This document shows, one piece after another, positions 22,438 through 33,922 of a stretch of 64,000 nt of DNA. Position 1 is the first letter of the stretch; the number at the start of each line of letters is the position of its first letter. Source of the DNA: an uncultured Gemmatimonadales bacterium (lineage in GTDB: Bacteria > Gemmatimonadota > Gemmatimonadetes > Longimicrobiales > Gaopeijiaceae); assembly GCA_963809895.1 (NCBI GenBank), contig CAWELD010000003.1, positions 1,312,001 through 1,376,000 on the forward strand, given 5' to 3'. A model generated the notes under the pieces. That model worked only from the letters and a program-made list of their open reading frames with translations. It had not been told where the DNA came from and did not search any database. Position numbers and translations under genes: made by a program.

Positions 22438-23090
22438 TACTCGCCCTTCTCCTTCAGGCGCTGAAGGAGCGCGGGGACGTCGTCCGCGCCGATGTTCTCG
22501 TAGTAGCGGGAGTTGATCTGCACGCAGGTGGGAAAGCCGCACGCCGCCAGACACTCGGCCTCCACCACGGTGAAGTTGCCGTCGGCCGACGTCGCTCCCA
22601 GCTCGGTGTCCGTGTGGTGGAGGAAGGCCTCCAGCACCTCGTCCGCCCCGCAGATGTTGCACGAGATGTTGGTGCACACCTGCACGAGAAAGCGCCCCAC
22701 CGGACGCTTGTTGTACATCGTGTAGAAGGTGGCCACTCCCCGGACGTAGGCGTCGGGGAGATCCAGGAGCTCCGCGACGCGGTCCATGGTGTCCGGCGAG
22801 ACGTGTCCCCGGACCTCCTGTGCCAGGTTGAGCGCGGGGAGCAGCGCCGCGCGCTTGTCCGGGTAGCGGGTCAGGATCTTCTCGAAGCGCGCCTGGTACG
22901 GGCCCTCGAACAGCGGTGCGTCCGGGTTCTTGTCGGGCAGCATGTAGGGGTAGCTCGAGGCCCCGGAGGCGTGACCGCCGTCCAGCGGGCGCTCGCCCAG
23001 GAAGTCCCGTCCCCTCACCTGGTCCTCGGTGAGATCGAACTCGCCGGTGTTCCCCGCCCAGCCGGGATTCTCGAAGGGGGTGTCGCTCAT
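22437..23090 (-). CDS. nuoE: NADH-quinone oxidoreductase subunit E
   Basis: VATFYTMY, CTNISC, ECLAAC. Confidence 0.94.
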   Translation of the reverse strand: MSDTPFENPGWAGNTGEFDLTEDQVRGRDFLGERPLDGGHASGASSYPYMLPDKNPDAPLFEGPYQARFEKILTRYPDKRAALLPALNLAQEVRGHVSPDTMDRVAELLDLPDAYVRGVATFYTMYNKRPVGRFLVQVCTNISCNICGADEVLEAFLHHTDTELGATSADGNFTVVEAECLAACGFPTCVQINSRYYENIGADDVPALLQRLKEKGE

Positions 23091-24364
23091 CGGTCGATCT
23101 CCCCCAGAACGATGTCCAGGCTGGCGTTGATCATGATCAGGTCTGCCACGAGATGGCCCTCGGCCAGCTTGGGGATCACGGAGAGGTTCACGAACGACGG
23201 CGGCCGCACCCGCCAGCGCACCGGCTTGGTGCCCCCGTCGCTGACCACGTACATGCCGAGCTCACCCTTGGACGCCTCCACGCTGAACCACGAGTCGCCC
23301 GCCGGAGCGTGGATGCCCTCGGTGATGAGCTTGAAGTGGTGGATCATGGACTCCATGTCCGACATGCAGTCCGTCTTGGAGGGCAGGCTGATGGACGGAT
23401 CCGGCACGTTGATGGGCCCGCCCGGGAGCCGGTCCAGCGCCTGCTGGAGAATGCCGATGCTCTGGCGCATCTCCTCCATGCGCACGAGGTAGCGGTCGTA
23501 GCAGTCGCCGTGCTCGCCCACCGGGACTTCGAAGTCGTAGCTCTCGTAGTCGTAGTAGGGCTTGTCCTTGCGCACGTCGTAGGGGACGCCCGAGGCACGC
23601 AGGTTGGGGCCCGTGAAGCCGCAGCTGATGGCGTCCTCGGCAGAGATCACGCCGATGTCCTGCATGCGACCGAGCAGGATGCTGTTGGTGGTGAGCAGGC
23701 GGTCACACTCGTCCAGCGTGGCCCCGAGCTCGTCGACGAAGGTCCGGCACGCCTCGGCCCAGCCCTCGGGCAGGTCCGCCATCATGCCACCCACCCGCGT
23801 GGCTGAGGTGGTGATGCGGGCACCGGTGAGCGCCTCGTGGAGCCTGTAGATCTTCTCCCGCTCCTGGAACGAGTACAGGAACGGCGTGAAGGCGCCCACG
23901 TCGATGGCCGTGGTCCCCAGCCAGAGCAGGTGTCCGAAGACCCGGTCCAGCTCCATGAGGATGACGCGCACCACCTTGCAACGCTCGGTGACCTCGATCC
24001 CCATGAGCTTCTCGACGGACATGACGTAGGCGCAGTTGTAGATCAGCGGCGCCAGATAGTCCATGCGGTCCGTGAGGGGCACCACCTGGTTCCAGGCCCG
24101 GTATTCCCCCTGCTTCTCGAAGCCCGAGTGCAGGTACCCGATGTGGGGGATCACCCGGAGCACGGTCTCGCCGTCCAGCTCGCACACCAGGCGGAGCACG
24201 CCGTGCGTGGCAGGGTGCTGCGGCCCGATGTTGATGAGCATGTGCTCCGAGCCGAGATCCGGCTCCGGCAGGTCGATGGGTGCGAGCGGTCCGTGGGCGG
24301 GCCGCCCATCCACGCCCATCTCCGGCGTGCGCCCCACTGCGAATTCGACGGTCTTGGTCGGCAT
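23087..24364 (-). CDS. nuoD: NADH-quinone oxidoreductase subunit D
   Basis: GPQHPATHGVLRL, DRMDY, C-terminal GEIDR. Confidence 0.96.
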   Translation of the reverse strand: MPTKTVEFAVGRTPEMGVDGRPAHGPLAPIDLPEPDLGSEHMLINIGPQHPATHGVLRLVCELDGETVLRVIPHIGYLHSGFEKQGEYRAWNQVVPLTDRMDYLAPLIYNCAYVMSVEKLMGIEVTERCKVVRVILMELDRVFGHLLWLGTTAIDVGAFTPFLYSFQEREKIYRLHEALTGARITTSATRVGGMMADLPEGWAEACRTFVDELGATLDECDRLLTTNSILLGRMQDIGVISAEDAISCGFTGPNLRASGVPYDVRKDKPYYDYESYDFEVPVGEHGDCYDRYLVRMEEMRQSIGILQQALDRLPGGPINVPDPSISLPSKTDCMSDMESMIHHFKLITEGIHAPAGDSWFSVEASKGELGMYVVSDGGTKPVRWRVRPPSFVNLSVIPKLAEGHLVADLIMINASLDIVLGEIDR

Positions 24365-24377
24365 GCGTGCGTCCCCG

Positions 24378-25091
24378 TCAGTCCTGGGCTTCGTCCGGAT
24401 AGTCCGCGACTTCCCGGCCTTCCTCGGTGATGTGGATGGTCTGGGGCTCCCGGCCGATCTCCATCTCCATCGGGATGTAGAAGTCCTGCACGTCCAGGCT
24501 CAGGGCCCGCCGGGTCTGCTCGGCCCGTGAGAACCGGCCCCGGAGCGGGAAGTCCTTCCGCAGCGGATGGCCCTCGGCGTAGTTCTCCGGCATGAGGATC
24601 CGGCGCAGATCCGGGTGTCCCTGGAACTCCACGCCGAACATGTCGTAGACCTCGCGCTCCAGCCAATCGGCGGTCTGCCAGAGCGAGGTGACCGAGTCCA
24701 GGGCGAGGGCATCCACCGGCAGCGGGCACTTGACCCGCAGGCTGCGGTGGTGGGCCATGGACCAGAGCTGGTAGACGACCTGGATCGGCCTGCCACCGCC
24801 GTAGTCCACCGCCGTGACGTCGGCGAGGAACTCGTAGTGCTGGTCGGGATCCTCCTTCATCCAGGTGAGGATCTCCAGCACCCGGGCGGGATCGATGTGG
24901 ACGACGTGCTGGTCGCCGGCGCTGACCTCGTGGTGCCGCAGTGCGTCACCGAAGCGCTCGCGCATCGCCTGGACGGTGGGATGCGCCTGGTCCAGCCCCG
25001 CGGGCATGGTGAGTCCCGATCCGGTCTCGTCTTCGCTGGGGTCGGGCCCCTCTTCGACGGCGTCCAGATCGGAAGCTTGATCGTCGGACAT
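24378..25091 (-). CDS. nuoC: NADH-quinone oxidoreductase subunit C
   Basis: EREVYDMFG, HPDLRRILM, GHPLRKDFP. Confidence 0.95.
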   Translation of the reverse strand: MSDDQASDLDAVEEGPDPSEDETGSGLTMPAGLDQAHPTVQAMRERFGDALRHHEVSAGDQHVVHIDPARVLEILTWMKEDPDQHYEFLADVTAVDYGGGRPIQVVYQLWSMAHHRSLRVKCPLPVDALALDSVTSLWQTADWLEREVYDMFGVEFQGHPDLRRILMPENYAEGHPLRKDFPLRGRFSRAEQTRRALSLDVQDFYIPMEMEIGREPQTIHITEEGREVADYPDEAQD

Positions 25092-25106
25092 GGAAACCTC
25101 GGGCGC

Positions 25107-25796
25107 TTACGGGATGCGATCGTCGGGCCGGTCGGTGCGATCCGTCTGCACCATGCCGCTGGCCCGGTTCTGCCGCGTGGAGTTGCCGAACGGCCCCGTG
25201 AGCCCCTTGATTTCGTTCTCCGTCGCTCGCGGCAGCCCCGCCGCCAGCGGATCCTCGGCGCGGTTCACCGCGTGGTCCGCCAGACGCTCCTCGCGGACCT
25301 TCTCCTGGATCATCATGAGGCCGTAGATGAGGGCCTCGGGCCGGGGCGGGCAGCCGGGAATGTAGACGTCGACGGGCACGATGGTGTCGATGCCCTGCAC
25401 CATCGAGTAGTTGTCGAACACGCCCCCGGAGCTGGCGCAGGCGCCCATGGAGATGCACCACTTGGGCTGCATCATCTGGTCCCAGATCCGGCGCAGGACG
25501 GGGGCCAGCTTGTAGGGCACGCGCCCGGCGCAGATCAGGACGTCGGCCTGCCGCGGCGAAAAGGACATCCGCTCCATTCCGAAGCGGGAGATATCGAAAT
25601 CAGAGGCGGCCGCCGCCATCATCTCGATGGCGCAGCACGCGGTACCGAATGGCATGGGCCACAGGGAATTCCGGCGTGCCCAGTTCACCACGAAGTCGAC
25701 CTTGGTGGTGAGAAACGTCGGGCCGCCGGCGCCGAAAAGCCCCCCGGAGCGAGCGCTGGTGCCGCCACCGGGTAGCTGGTTGCCTTCTAGTCCCAC
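25107..25796 (-). CDS. nuoB: NADH-quinone oxidoreductase subunit B
   Basis: [36 protein letters not shown] start overlapping the nuoA end (start approximate). Confidence 0.94.
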   Translation of the reverse strand: MGLEGNQLPGGGTSARSGGLFGAGGPTFLTTKVDFVVNWARRNSLWPMPFGTACCAIEMMAAAASDFDISRFGMERMSFSPRQADVLICAGRVPYKLAPVLRRIWDQMMQPKWCISMGACASSGGVFDNYSMVQGIDTIVPVDVYIPGCPPRPEALIYGLMMIQEKVREERLADHAVNRAEDPLAAGLPRATENEIKGLTGPFGNSTRQNRASGMVQTDRTDRPDDRIP

Positions 25797-26143
25797 TCCA
25801 GACCTCCCTTCTTCCACTCGTAGAGCAGCCCCAGCGAGAGCACGACCACGAAGAGGAACACGGGGATGAACCCGCCCCAGCCCAGGTCCCGCATCTTCAC
25901 GGCCCACGGGATGAGGAAGATCGTCTCCAGGTCGAACACGATGAAGCTGATGGCCACCATGTAGAACTTGACCGAAAACCGCTCCCGGGTGTCCCCGAGG
26001 GGAATCATACCCGATTCGTACGGCATGTCCTTCTGGGGGGTGGGCCTGCGAGGGTTCAAGATGGCGGAGGCGGCGGCCATTCCAACCGCGTTCACCACCG
26101 AAAGCCCGAAGAGAATCAGGAGCGGGACGTAGGATCCCGACAT
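25787..26143 (-). CDS. nuoA: NADH-quinone oxidoreductase subunit A
   Basis: [25 protein letters not shown]; start placed at MSGSY. Confidence 0.95.
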   Translation of the reverse strand: MSGSYVPLLILFGLSVVNAVGMAAASAILNPRRPTPQKDMPYESGMIPLGDTRERFSVKFYMVAISFIVFDLETIFLIPWAVKMRDLGWGGFIPVFLFVVVLSLGLLYEWKKGGLEWD

Positions 26144-26157
26144 TGCGGTCCTGAGGT

Positions 26158-26175
26158 TTGTGAAAACGTTCACGT
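26158..26175. promoter_or_regulatory. Rex-type (or CRP/FNR-type) operator upstream of nuoA
   Basis: TTGTGAA-aacg-TTCACGT versus Rex consensus TTGTGAA-N4-TTCACAA; lies between promoter and start codon. Confidence 0.7.
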
Positions 26176-26187
26176 GCGGGACGCCGG

Positions 26188-26217
26188 AATGTACCCGGCG
26201 CGCCGGAGGGGTGTCAA
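26188..26217 (-). promoter_or_regulatory. Sigma70 promoter of nuo operon
   Basis: TTGACA-18 nt-TACATT. Confidence 0.75.
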
Positions 26218-26257
26218 CCCACCGAAAACGCCGGAATTCATGGGCTTTTCCCCAGGT

Positions 26258-26287
26258 TTGCCGGCGCCCGCCCGCAGGCCCTATCTT
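26258..26287 (+). promoter_or_regulatory. Putative promoter of dcd
   Basis: TTGCCG-18 nt-TATCTT. Confidence 0.55.
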
Positions 26288-26364
26288 GCGCCCCGGTACC
26301 CCTTCGTCGGAGCGCCGTTCCGGACGCTCCGGACACCTCACGGACGACAGGACGACACGCGGGC

Positions 26365-26919
26365 ATGCCCATCAAGAGCGACCGTTGGATCCGCAGGATG
26401 TGCGAGGAGCACCGGATGATCGAGCCCTTCGAGGCCGGCCAGGTGCGCGACGGCAAGATCAGCTACGGACTGTCGTCGTACGGCTACGACATCCGCGTGG
26501 CGCCGGAGTTCAAGGTGTTCACCAACGTGCATCACGTGGTCGTGGACCCCAAGAACTTCGACGACCGCTCCTTCGTGGACGTGCACGCCCAGGAGTGCAT
26601 CATCCCGCCGAACTCCTTCGCCCTGGCCCGCACCGAGGAGTACTTCCGGATTCCACGTGACGTACTGGTCGTGTGCGTGGGCAAGAGCACCTACGCGCGC
26701 TGTGGCATCATCGTCAACGTGACGCCGTTGGAACCCACCTGGGAAGGGTACCTGACGCTGGAGATCAGCAACACGACTCCCCTGCCGGCGAAGATCTACG
26801 CCAACGAGGGCATCGCCCAACTCCTGTTCTTCGAGGGCGACGAGGAGCCGGAGACGGCCTACGCGGACCGCAAGGGCAAGTACATGCAGCAACGCGGAGT
26901 CACGCTGCCCCGCATGTGA
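26365..26919 (+). CDS. dcd: dCTP deaminase
   Basis: [36 protein letters not shown]. Confidence 0.96.
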   Translation: MPIKSDRWIRRMCEEHRMIEPFEAGQVRDGKISYGLSSYGYDIRVAPEFKVFTNVHHVVVDPKNFDDRSFVDVHAQECIIPPNSFALARTEEYFRIPRDVLVVCVGKSTYARCGIIVNVTPLEPTWEGYLTLEISNTTPLPAKIYANEGIAQLLFFEGDEEPETAYADRKGKYMQQRGVTLPRM

Positions 26920-26952
26920 GGCGTGCCGCCGGACGGCCGGCGGTGGAACGTG

Positions 26953-26984
26953 GGTGGCGGGCCTCGGTTCCGGGGCCCGCCACC
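26953..26984. terminator. Hairpin between convergent dcd and FKBP genes
   Basis: GGTGGCGGGCC/GGCCCGCCACC 11-bp inverted repeat; no long U tract. Confidence 0.55.
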
Positions 26985-26999
26985 ACGCTGAGCCGAAGC

Positions 27000-27476
27000 T
27001 CAGATCTGCGGATTCAGGTCCTTGAGCACGACCTTGAAGATCAGCACCGAGTGCACGGGGATTCCGCTTCCCGCAGGCGGCGCGGCGCCGTAGCCCAGTG
27101 TGGAGGGGCTCACGATGAGGCGGGTCTCGCCCTTGCGCATGCCGATCACGCCGAGGCGAAAGCCTTCGATGACGGAGTCGTCGAGGGTGAACTCCTTGTC
27201 GGTGCCCTGATCCACCTGGGTGCCGTCGGGGATCCACACCGTGTAGTCCACGATGACCTTGGCGCCCTCCTCGGCCGGCCCGCCGTCTCCAGCCACCAGG
27301 GTCTGGATGTAGACTCCCGAGTCCAGCTCGTCCATCTGGCTCAGGTCCACGCCCAGGCTCGGAGCGTAGTCCACGTCTTCGGGGAACGTCGGCTGCAACG
27401 GGTCGTCCTTGCAACCGCCGGCGACGAGCGCCAGCGCCAGGGCGACGTGAAGGGCACGGACATGGGGTGAGCGCAT
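27000..27476 (-). CDS. FKBP-type peptidyl-prolyl isomerase, putative lipoprotein
   Basis: Signal peptide ending LVAGGC; VIEGF..G..GM..G..R, LGYG, IP..SVLIFKV. Confidence 0.88.
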   Translation of the reverse strand: MRSPHVRALHVALALALVAGGCKDDPLQPTFPEDVDYAPSLGVDLSQMDELDSGVYIQTLVAGDGGPAEEGAKVIVDYTVWIPDGTQVDQGTDKEFTLDDSVIEGFRLGVIGMRKGETRLIVSPSTLGYGAAPPAGSGIPVHSVLIFKVVLKDLNPQI

Positions 27477-27579
27477 TCCAGCTCCTCTCATGACTTGGGG
27501 GGTCCGATCTCGATTCTGATACGTGCGTCGGGGCCTCGGGTTTCCTCTCGCGCGCCTCGACCGGCCCCGGGAGGCCTCC

Positions 27580-28092
27580 TCAGGACGCGTCCACGAGCTG
27601 GACCTCGAACACCAGCACGCTGTTGGGGGGCACCACCGGCTCGCGGCCCTGGCTGCCGTAGGCCAGGCCGGGCCTGATCACGAGCCGCCGGCGTCCCCCC
27701 ACCTTCATGCCGATGATGCCCTGGTTCCAGCCCCGGATCACGTCGGGCGACCCCAGCTCGAAGGTGTAGGGATCGCCGCCCAGGGTGCTGTCGATGACGG
27801 TGCCGTCCGGCAGGTACCCGATGTAGTGGATGCGGATCAGGTTCCCCCGCGCCGCAACCCGCCCCACGCCGGGCGAGATCTCTTCGATCCACAGCCCGCT
27901 GGAGGTGCGGTCCATGCGCGAGAAGTCGACCTGCAACTCCGGAGCGTAGGTGAGGGCCGTGGGGTCCGGCGCGGGGCCGGCGCCACCCCCCGACGCACAG
28001 GCGGTGAGCGTCAACGCGGCCCCGAGAGCCACCAGGCCCGCCTGACGTCGGCGGCGGACGGTCCCGCCCACCCTGCCCACTCGATCGCCCAT
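27580..28092 (-). CDS. FKBP-type peptidyl-prolyl isomerase, putative lipoprotein
   Basis: Lipobox LTAC; HYIGYLPDG, VIRGWNQGIIGMKVGGRR, LAYG, PPNSVLVFEV; start overlaps the sdhB stop. Confidence 0.9.
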   Translation of the reverse strand: MGDRVGRVGGTVRRRRQAGLVALGAALTLTACASGGGAGPAPDPTALTYAPELQVDFSRMDRTSSGLWIEEISPGVGRVAARGNLIRIHYIGYLPDGTVIDSTLGGDPYTFELGSPDVIRGWNQGIIGMKVGGRRRLVIRPGLAYGSQGREPVVPPNSVLVFEVQLVDAS

Positions 28093-28859
28093 CAGGCGTC
28101 CTTGCTCTCCGCCGGGGTCGCGCTCAGGGTGGCCCGCACCAGGTCCCTGTTGAGCTGGGCGATGTAATCGACGCTGATCCCCTTGGGACACGCGTTCTCG
28201 CACGCTCCGTGATTGGTGCAGTTGCCGAAGCCCTCGGCGTCGTGCTGCTCCACCATGGCCAACACCCGCTCCCAGCGCTCGGCCTGCCCCTGGGGGAGCT
28301 GCCCCAGGTGCGTGACCTTGGCCGAGGTGAAGAGCATGGCCGAGGCGTTGGGACACGCCGCGACGCAGGCCCCGCAGCCGATGCAGGTAGCCGCGTCGAA
28401 GGCCTCGTCGGCGGCCCGCTTCGGCACCGGGATGGCGTTGCCGTCGGGTGCGCTGCCCGTGCGCACGGAGATGTAGCCGCCCGCGGCGATGATGCGGTCG
28501 AAGGCCGATCGGTCCACCACCAGGTCCTTGATGACCGGGAAGGCCATGGCCCTCCAGGGCTCGATCCAGATCTCGTCGCCGTCGTTGAAGCTCCGCATGT
28601 GGAGCTGGCAGGCCGACGTCATGGATCGCGGTCCGTGGGGCACCCCGTTGATCATCATGCCGCACGAGCCGCAGATGCCCTCGCGGCAGTCGTGCTCGAA
28701 GGCGATGGGCTCGCCCCCGGACTCGGTGATGCGTTCGTTGACGACGTCGAGCACCTCCAGGAAGGACATGTGCTCGGACAGGTCGGCGGCGTCGTATTTC
28801 TCGAAGCGTCCCTGCTGGTCGGGGCCAGCCTGGCGCCAGACGTGAAGGGTCAGGTTCAT
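28092..28859 (-). CDS. sdhB: Succinate dehydrogenase/fumarate reductase Fe-S subunit
   Basis: [34 protein letters not shown]; start placed at MNLTL. Confidence 0.94.
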   Translation of the reverse strand: MNLTLHVWRQAGPDQQGRFEKYDAADLSEHMSFLEVLDVVNERITESGGEPIAFEHDCREGICGSCGMMINGVPHGPRSMTSACQLHMRSFNDGDEIWIEPWRAMAFPVIKDLVVDRSAFDRIIAAGGYISVRTGSAPDGNAIPVPKRAADEAFDAATCIGCGACVAACPNASAMLFTSAKVTHLGQLPQGQAERWERVLAMVEQHDAEGFGNCTNHGACENACPKGISVDYIAQLNRDLVRATLSATPAESKDA

Positions 28860-28860
28860 C

Positions 28861-30774
<1,914 letters not shown>

Positions 30775-30816
30775 GGCTCGACGAACCTCTGCATGTTGGT
30801 CGCTCGATTCCGCTGA

Positions 30817-31494
30817 TCAGCCGATGACTCCGGCCAGGACCAGGGTGGGCGGCGTCATGAATCCGATGAAGACCACCAGCGCGTACGCCACCGCGAAGGG
30901 GCGCCGCAGGCGATTGTACTTCGGGTGGTTGGCCCCCAGCGTCTGGAAGACACTCCAGACGCCGTGGTAGAGGTGGAAGCAGAGCGCGAGCTGAGCCACC
31001 AGGTACACGGCCCAGATGAGCGGCTGCTGGAAGGCCACCACGTAGTTGTGGAAAGCGTCACCCGGCACGAAGTCCGAGTGCAGCTGACCGGTGGTGAAGT
31101 GGAGAATGTGGTAGACGACGAAGAGCGCGATGATCACCCCGCCCCAGCGCATGGTCCGGGAGGCGTACGAGAAGGAGAGGTCCTGCGACTTCCCGTAGCC
31201 GTGGCTGCGTGCGGCTCGTCCGCGACTCCACAGCTGCAGCGCCAGCACGATGTGGAGGATCACCGCCGCCAGGAGGACGATGCGGAAGATCCAGAGCCCC
31301 CACATGTGGGGCAACGCCGGGTAGCCCACCTCACGGAGCCACTCGGCGTAGTGGTTCATGGCATCCCGACCCAGCAACATCTTCAGATTGCCCACCATGT
31401 GGGCGAAGACGAAGAGGAAGAGGATGATGCCCGACAGGGCCATCAGGACCTTCTTGCCCACCGTGGTCCGGTAGAGGTTCACCACGCGACGCAT
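30817..31494 (-). CDS. sdhC: Succinate dehydrogenase cytochrome b subunit (single anchor)
   Basis: GKKVLMALSG..HMVGN, five TM segments, several TM histidines, HLYHGVWSVFQTLG. Confidence 0.9.
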   Translation of the reverse strand: MRRVVNLYRTTVGKKVLMALSGIILFLFVFAHMVGNLKMLLGRDAMNHYAEWLREVGYPALPHMWGLWIFRIVLLAAVILHIVLALQLWSRGRAARSHGYGKSQDLSFSYASRTMRWGGVIIALFVVYHILHFTTGQLHSDFVPGDAFHNYVVAFQQPLIWAVYLVAQLALCFHLYHGVWSVFQTLGANHPKYNRLRRPFAVAYALVVFIGFMTPPTLVLAGVIG

Positions 31495-31540
31495 GGCATT
31501 TCCCGTCGTTGGATGTCGATCTTGGCGAGGTCGCTGAAGC

Positions 31541-31574
31541 AAAACGGGGGAGGAGCGTCGCCGCCCCTCCCCCG
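31541..31574 (-). terminator. Putative intrinsic terminator after mdh
   Basis: Minus-strand CGGGGGAGG...CCTCCCCCG stem followed by TTTT. Confidence 0.6.
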
Positions 31575-31579
31575 GAGTG

Positions 31580-32509
31580 TCAGTCCAGCGCCTGCATGGT
31601 CTCTCGGACGGCGTCCGCGCTCTTCTGGAGCGCCGCCTTCTCGCTGTCCGTGAGCTCCACCTGCACGATCTCCTGAAGGCCACCCTCACCGAGCTTGCAG
31701 GGAACGCCCAGGAAGATACCCTCCTGGCCGTACTCGCCCTGCAGATAGGCGGCGCAGGGCAGGATGCGCTTCTTGTCGTGGACGATGGCCTCCACCATCT
31801 GCACGGCGGCGGCCGACGGGGCGTAGTACGCGCTCCCCGTCTTGAGGTAGCCCACGATCTCGGCGCCGCCCTTGCGCGTACGCTCGATGAGCGCGTCGAT
31901 GCGGTCCCGCGCCATGAGCTGCGTGAGGGGGATACCGCTGACGGAGGTGTAGCTCACCAGCGGCACCATGGTGTCGCCGTGGCCCCCGAGCACCAGCGCC
32001 TGGATGTCCTCGACGCTCACGTCGAGCTCCAGCGCGATGAAGGACCGGAAGCGTGCCGTGTCCAGCACCCCGGCCATGCCGATGACGCGCTCGCGGGGGA
32101 AGCCGGTGGTCTTCAGGGCCGCGTAGGCCATCACGTCCAGGGGGTTGGACACCATGATGACGATGGAGTCCGGCGCGACCCGCTTGATCTCTTCGGAGAC
32201 GGACCGGACGATGGACGCGTTGGTCTTCAGGAGGTCGTCCCGGCTCATGCCGGGCTTGCGCGCAATGCCGGCGGTCACGACGAAGATGTCCGACCCCTGG
32301 GCGGGATCGTAGTCGCTGGCGCCCACGACGCGGGCATCGAAGCCCTCGATGGGCGCGCTCTCCCATTGGTCCAGGCCCTTCCCCTGGGGGATCCCGTCGG
32401 CGATGTCGACCATGACGACTTCGCGGGCGAGTTGCTTCTCGGCGAGACGCTGCGCACACGTGGCTCCCACGTGTCCGGCGCCTACCACCGTGATCTTGTT
32501 GGCGCTCAT
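31580..32509 (-). CDS. mdh: Malate dehydrogenase (LDH-like)
   Basis: [37 protein letters not shown]. Confidence 0.96.
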   Translation of the reverse strand: MSANKITVVGAGHVGATCAQRLAEKQLAREVVMVDIADGIPQGKGLDQWESAPIEGFDARVVGASDYDPAQGSDIFVVTAGIARKPGMSRDDLLKTNASIVRSVSEEIKRVAPDSIVIMVSNPLDVMAYAALKTTGFPRERVIGMAGVLDTARFRSFIALELDVSVEDIQALVLGGHGDTMVPLVSYTSVSGIPLTQLMARDRIDALIERTRKGGAEIVGYLKTGSAYYAPSAAAVQMVEAIVHDKKRILPCAAYLQGEYGQEGIFLGVPCKLGEGGLQEIVQVELTDSEKAALQKSADAVRETMQALD

Positions 32510-32602
32510 GATGTCGGATATCGGCTGATGGAACGTCGCCGCCCCGGCCGTGGGAGGGCCCGGACCGCGCGGATTTCTGGGCTGCGCACGGCAGCCCGGC
32601 GG

Positions 32603-32631
32603 AAGCTATTCCGGGGATTCTTCGGTGTCAA
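32603..32631 (-). promoter_or_regulatory. Sigma70 promoter of mdh
   Basis: TTGACA-17 nt-TAGCTT. Confidence 0.75.
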
Positions 32632-32923
32632 CGCGACGGGGGGTCGTCCGCAGTCAACACGCCTGCCGCCCGCCCGGGCCGTGCCGTCAATCCTGCAACC
32701 GCCGCCTTGGCGAGGACGGATGCTGGATTCGCGGCAATAGCTCTGGTCAAGCGCACAACGCTCGCCCCCAGCGACGGCGCACGCAGGGCTCGCGGCGAAT
32801 ATTCACGCCAGAAGCGCAGCGACTGCCCCGCGGCGCTCGGTTGCAGGACTGACGGCGATCGCCGTTCAGCCCATCCGGAACGTAGTGGCCCGCCAGATCG
32901 CGCGCCCACGAGGCCGTGGGCGC

Positions 32924-33922
32924 TCAGCCCCCGGTCTGGGACAGCGCCACGAGTCCGCCGGAGCCGCTGGTGCTGCCCTGCTCGAGCTGGTGCCGCTCGG
33001 GCTTGATGCGCAGGGTCTCGGCGATGAAGGGCTCCAGCGGGCGGCCCGCGCGGAGCGGACCTCTGAGGTCGGTCTGCAGGTCGCCGAAGAGGCAGGGCCG
33101 GAGCTGGCCGTCGGCGGTGAGCCGCATGCGGTTGCACCGGTCGCAGAAGTTGTGGCTCATGGGCGTGATCACGCCGACGGTTCCGGGCGCTCCCGGAAAC
33201 CGGTAGTAGGTCGCGGGACCGTTGCCGGTGGGTCCCTCCACGGGCTCCAGCTCGTCCAGGGCACGCAGGCGGCGCAGCACCTCGTGGCAGGAGACGTAGT
33301 TCTTGCTGGACAGCTCCAGGTTGGAGCCCGTCGGCATGATCTCGATGAAGCGGACGTGCCAGGGGCGCTCGCGGGTGAGGCGGGCGAAATCGGCGATCTC
33401 GTCGTCGTTGCGCCCGCCCATGACCACCATGTTGAGCTTGAGCGGGTGGAATCCGAAGCGCTCGGCGGCGTCGAGCCCCTCCATGATGCGCTCGTAGGAT
33501 CCCGGTCGCCGGGCGATGGCGTCGACGCGGTCGCGCTGGAGCGAGTCCAGCGAGACGTTGACGCGGTCGAGTCCGGCGTCACGCAGCGCCTCGGCGTGGT
33601 CGGCCAGCAGGACGGCGTTGGTGGACAGCGACAGATCCTCGATGCCCGGGACCTCCGCGACCATGCGCACCAGGTCCGGAAGATCGCGCCGCACCAGGGG
33701 CTCCCCGCCGGTGAAGCGCACGCGCCGGAGCCCCATTCCGGCCATGGTCCGCACGATGTCCGTGATCTCCTCGTAGGTGAGGAGCTCGTCCCGCCGCAGC
33801 CAGGGCAGGCCTTCGAGGGGCATGCAGTAGATGCAGCGCAGGTTGCACTTGTCGGTCACCGAGATGCGCAGGTACTCGATGCGGCGGCCGAAGCCGTCCA
33901 CCATGCGCGTGTCGCCGCTCAC
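32924..33922 (-). CDS. moaA: GTP 3',8-cyclase MoaA
   Basis: YLRISVTDKCNLRCIYCMP, TGGEP, FCDRCNRMR...PCL, C-terminal GG; GTGA-coupled start. Confidence 0.95.
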   Translation of the reverse strand: MSGDTRMVDGFGRRIEYLRISVTDKCNLRCIYCMPLEGLPWLRRDELLTYEEITDIVRTMAGMGLRRVRFTGGEPLVRRDLPDLVRMVAEVPGIEDLSLSTNAVLLADHAEALRDAGLDRVNVSLDSLQRDRVDAIARRPGSYERIMEGLDAAERFGFHPLKLNMVVMGGRNDDEIADFARLTRERPWHVRFIEIMPTGSNLELSSKNYVSCHEVLRRLRALDELEPVEGPTGNGPATYYRFPGAPGTVGVITPMSHNFCDRCNRMRLTADGQLRPCLFGDLQTDLRGPLRAGRPLEPFIAETLRIKPERHQLEQGSTSGSGGLVALSQTGG

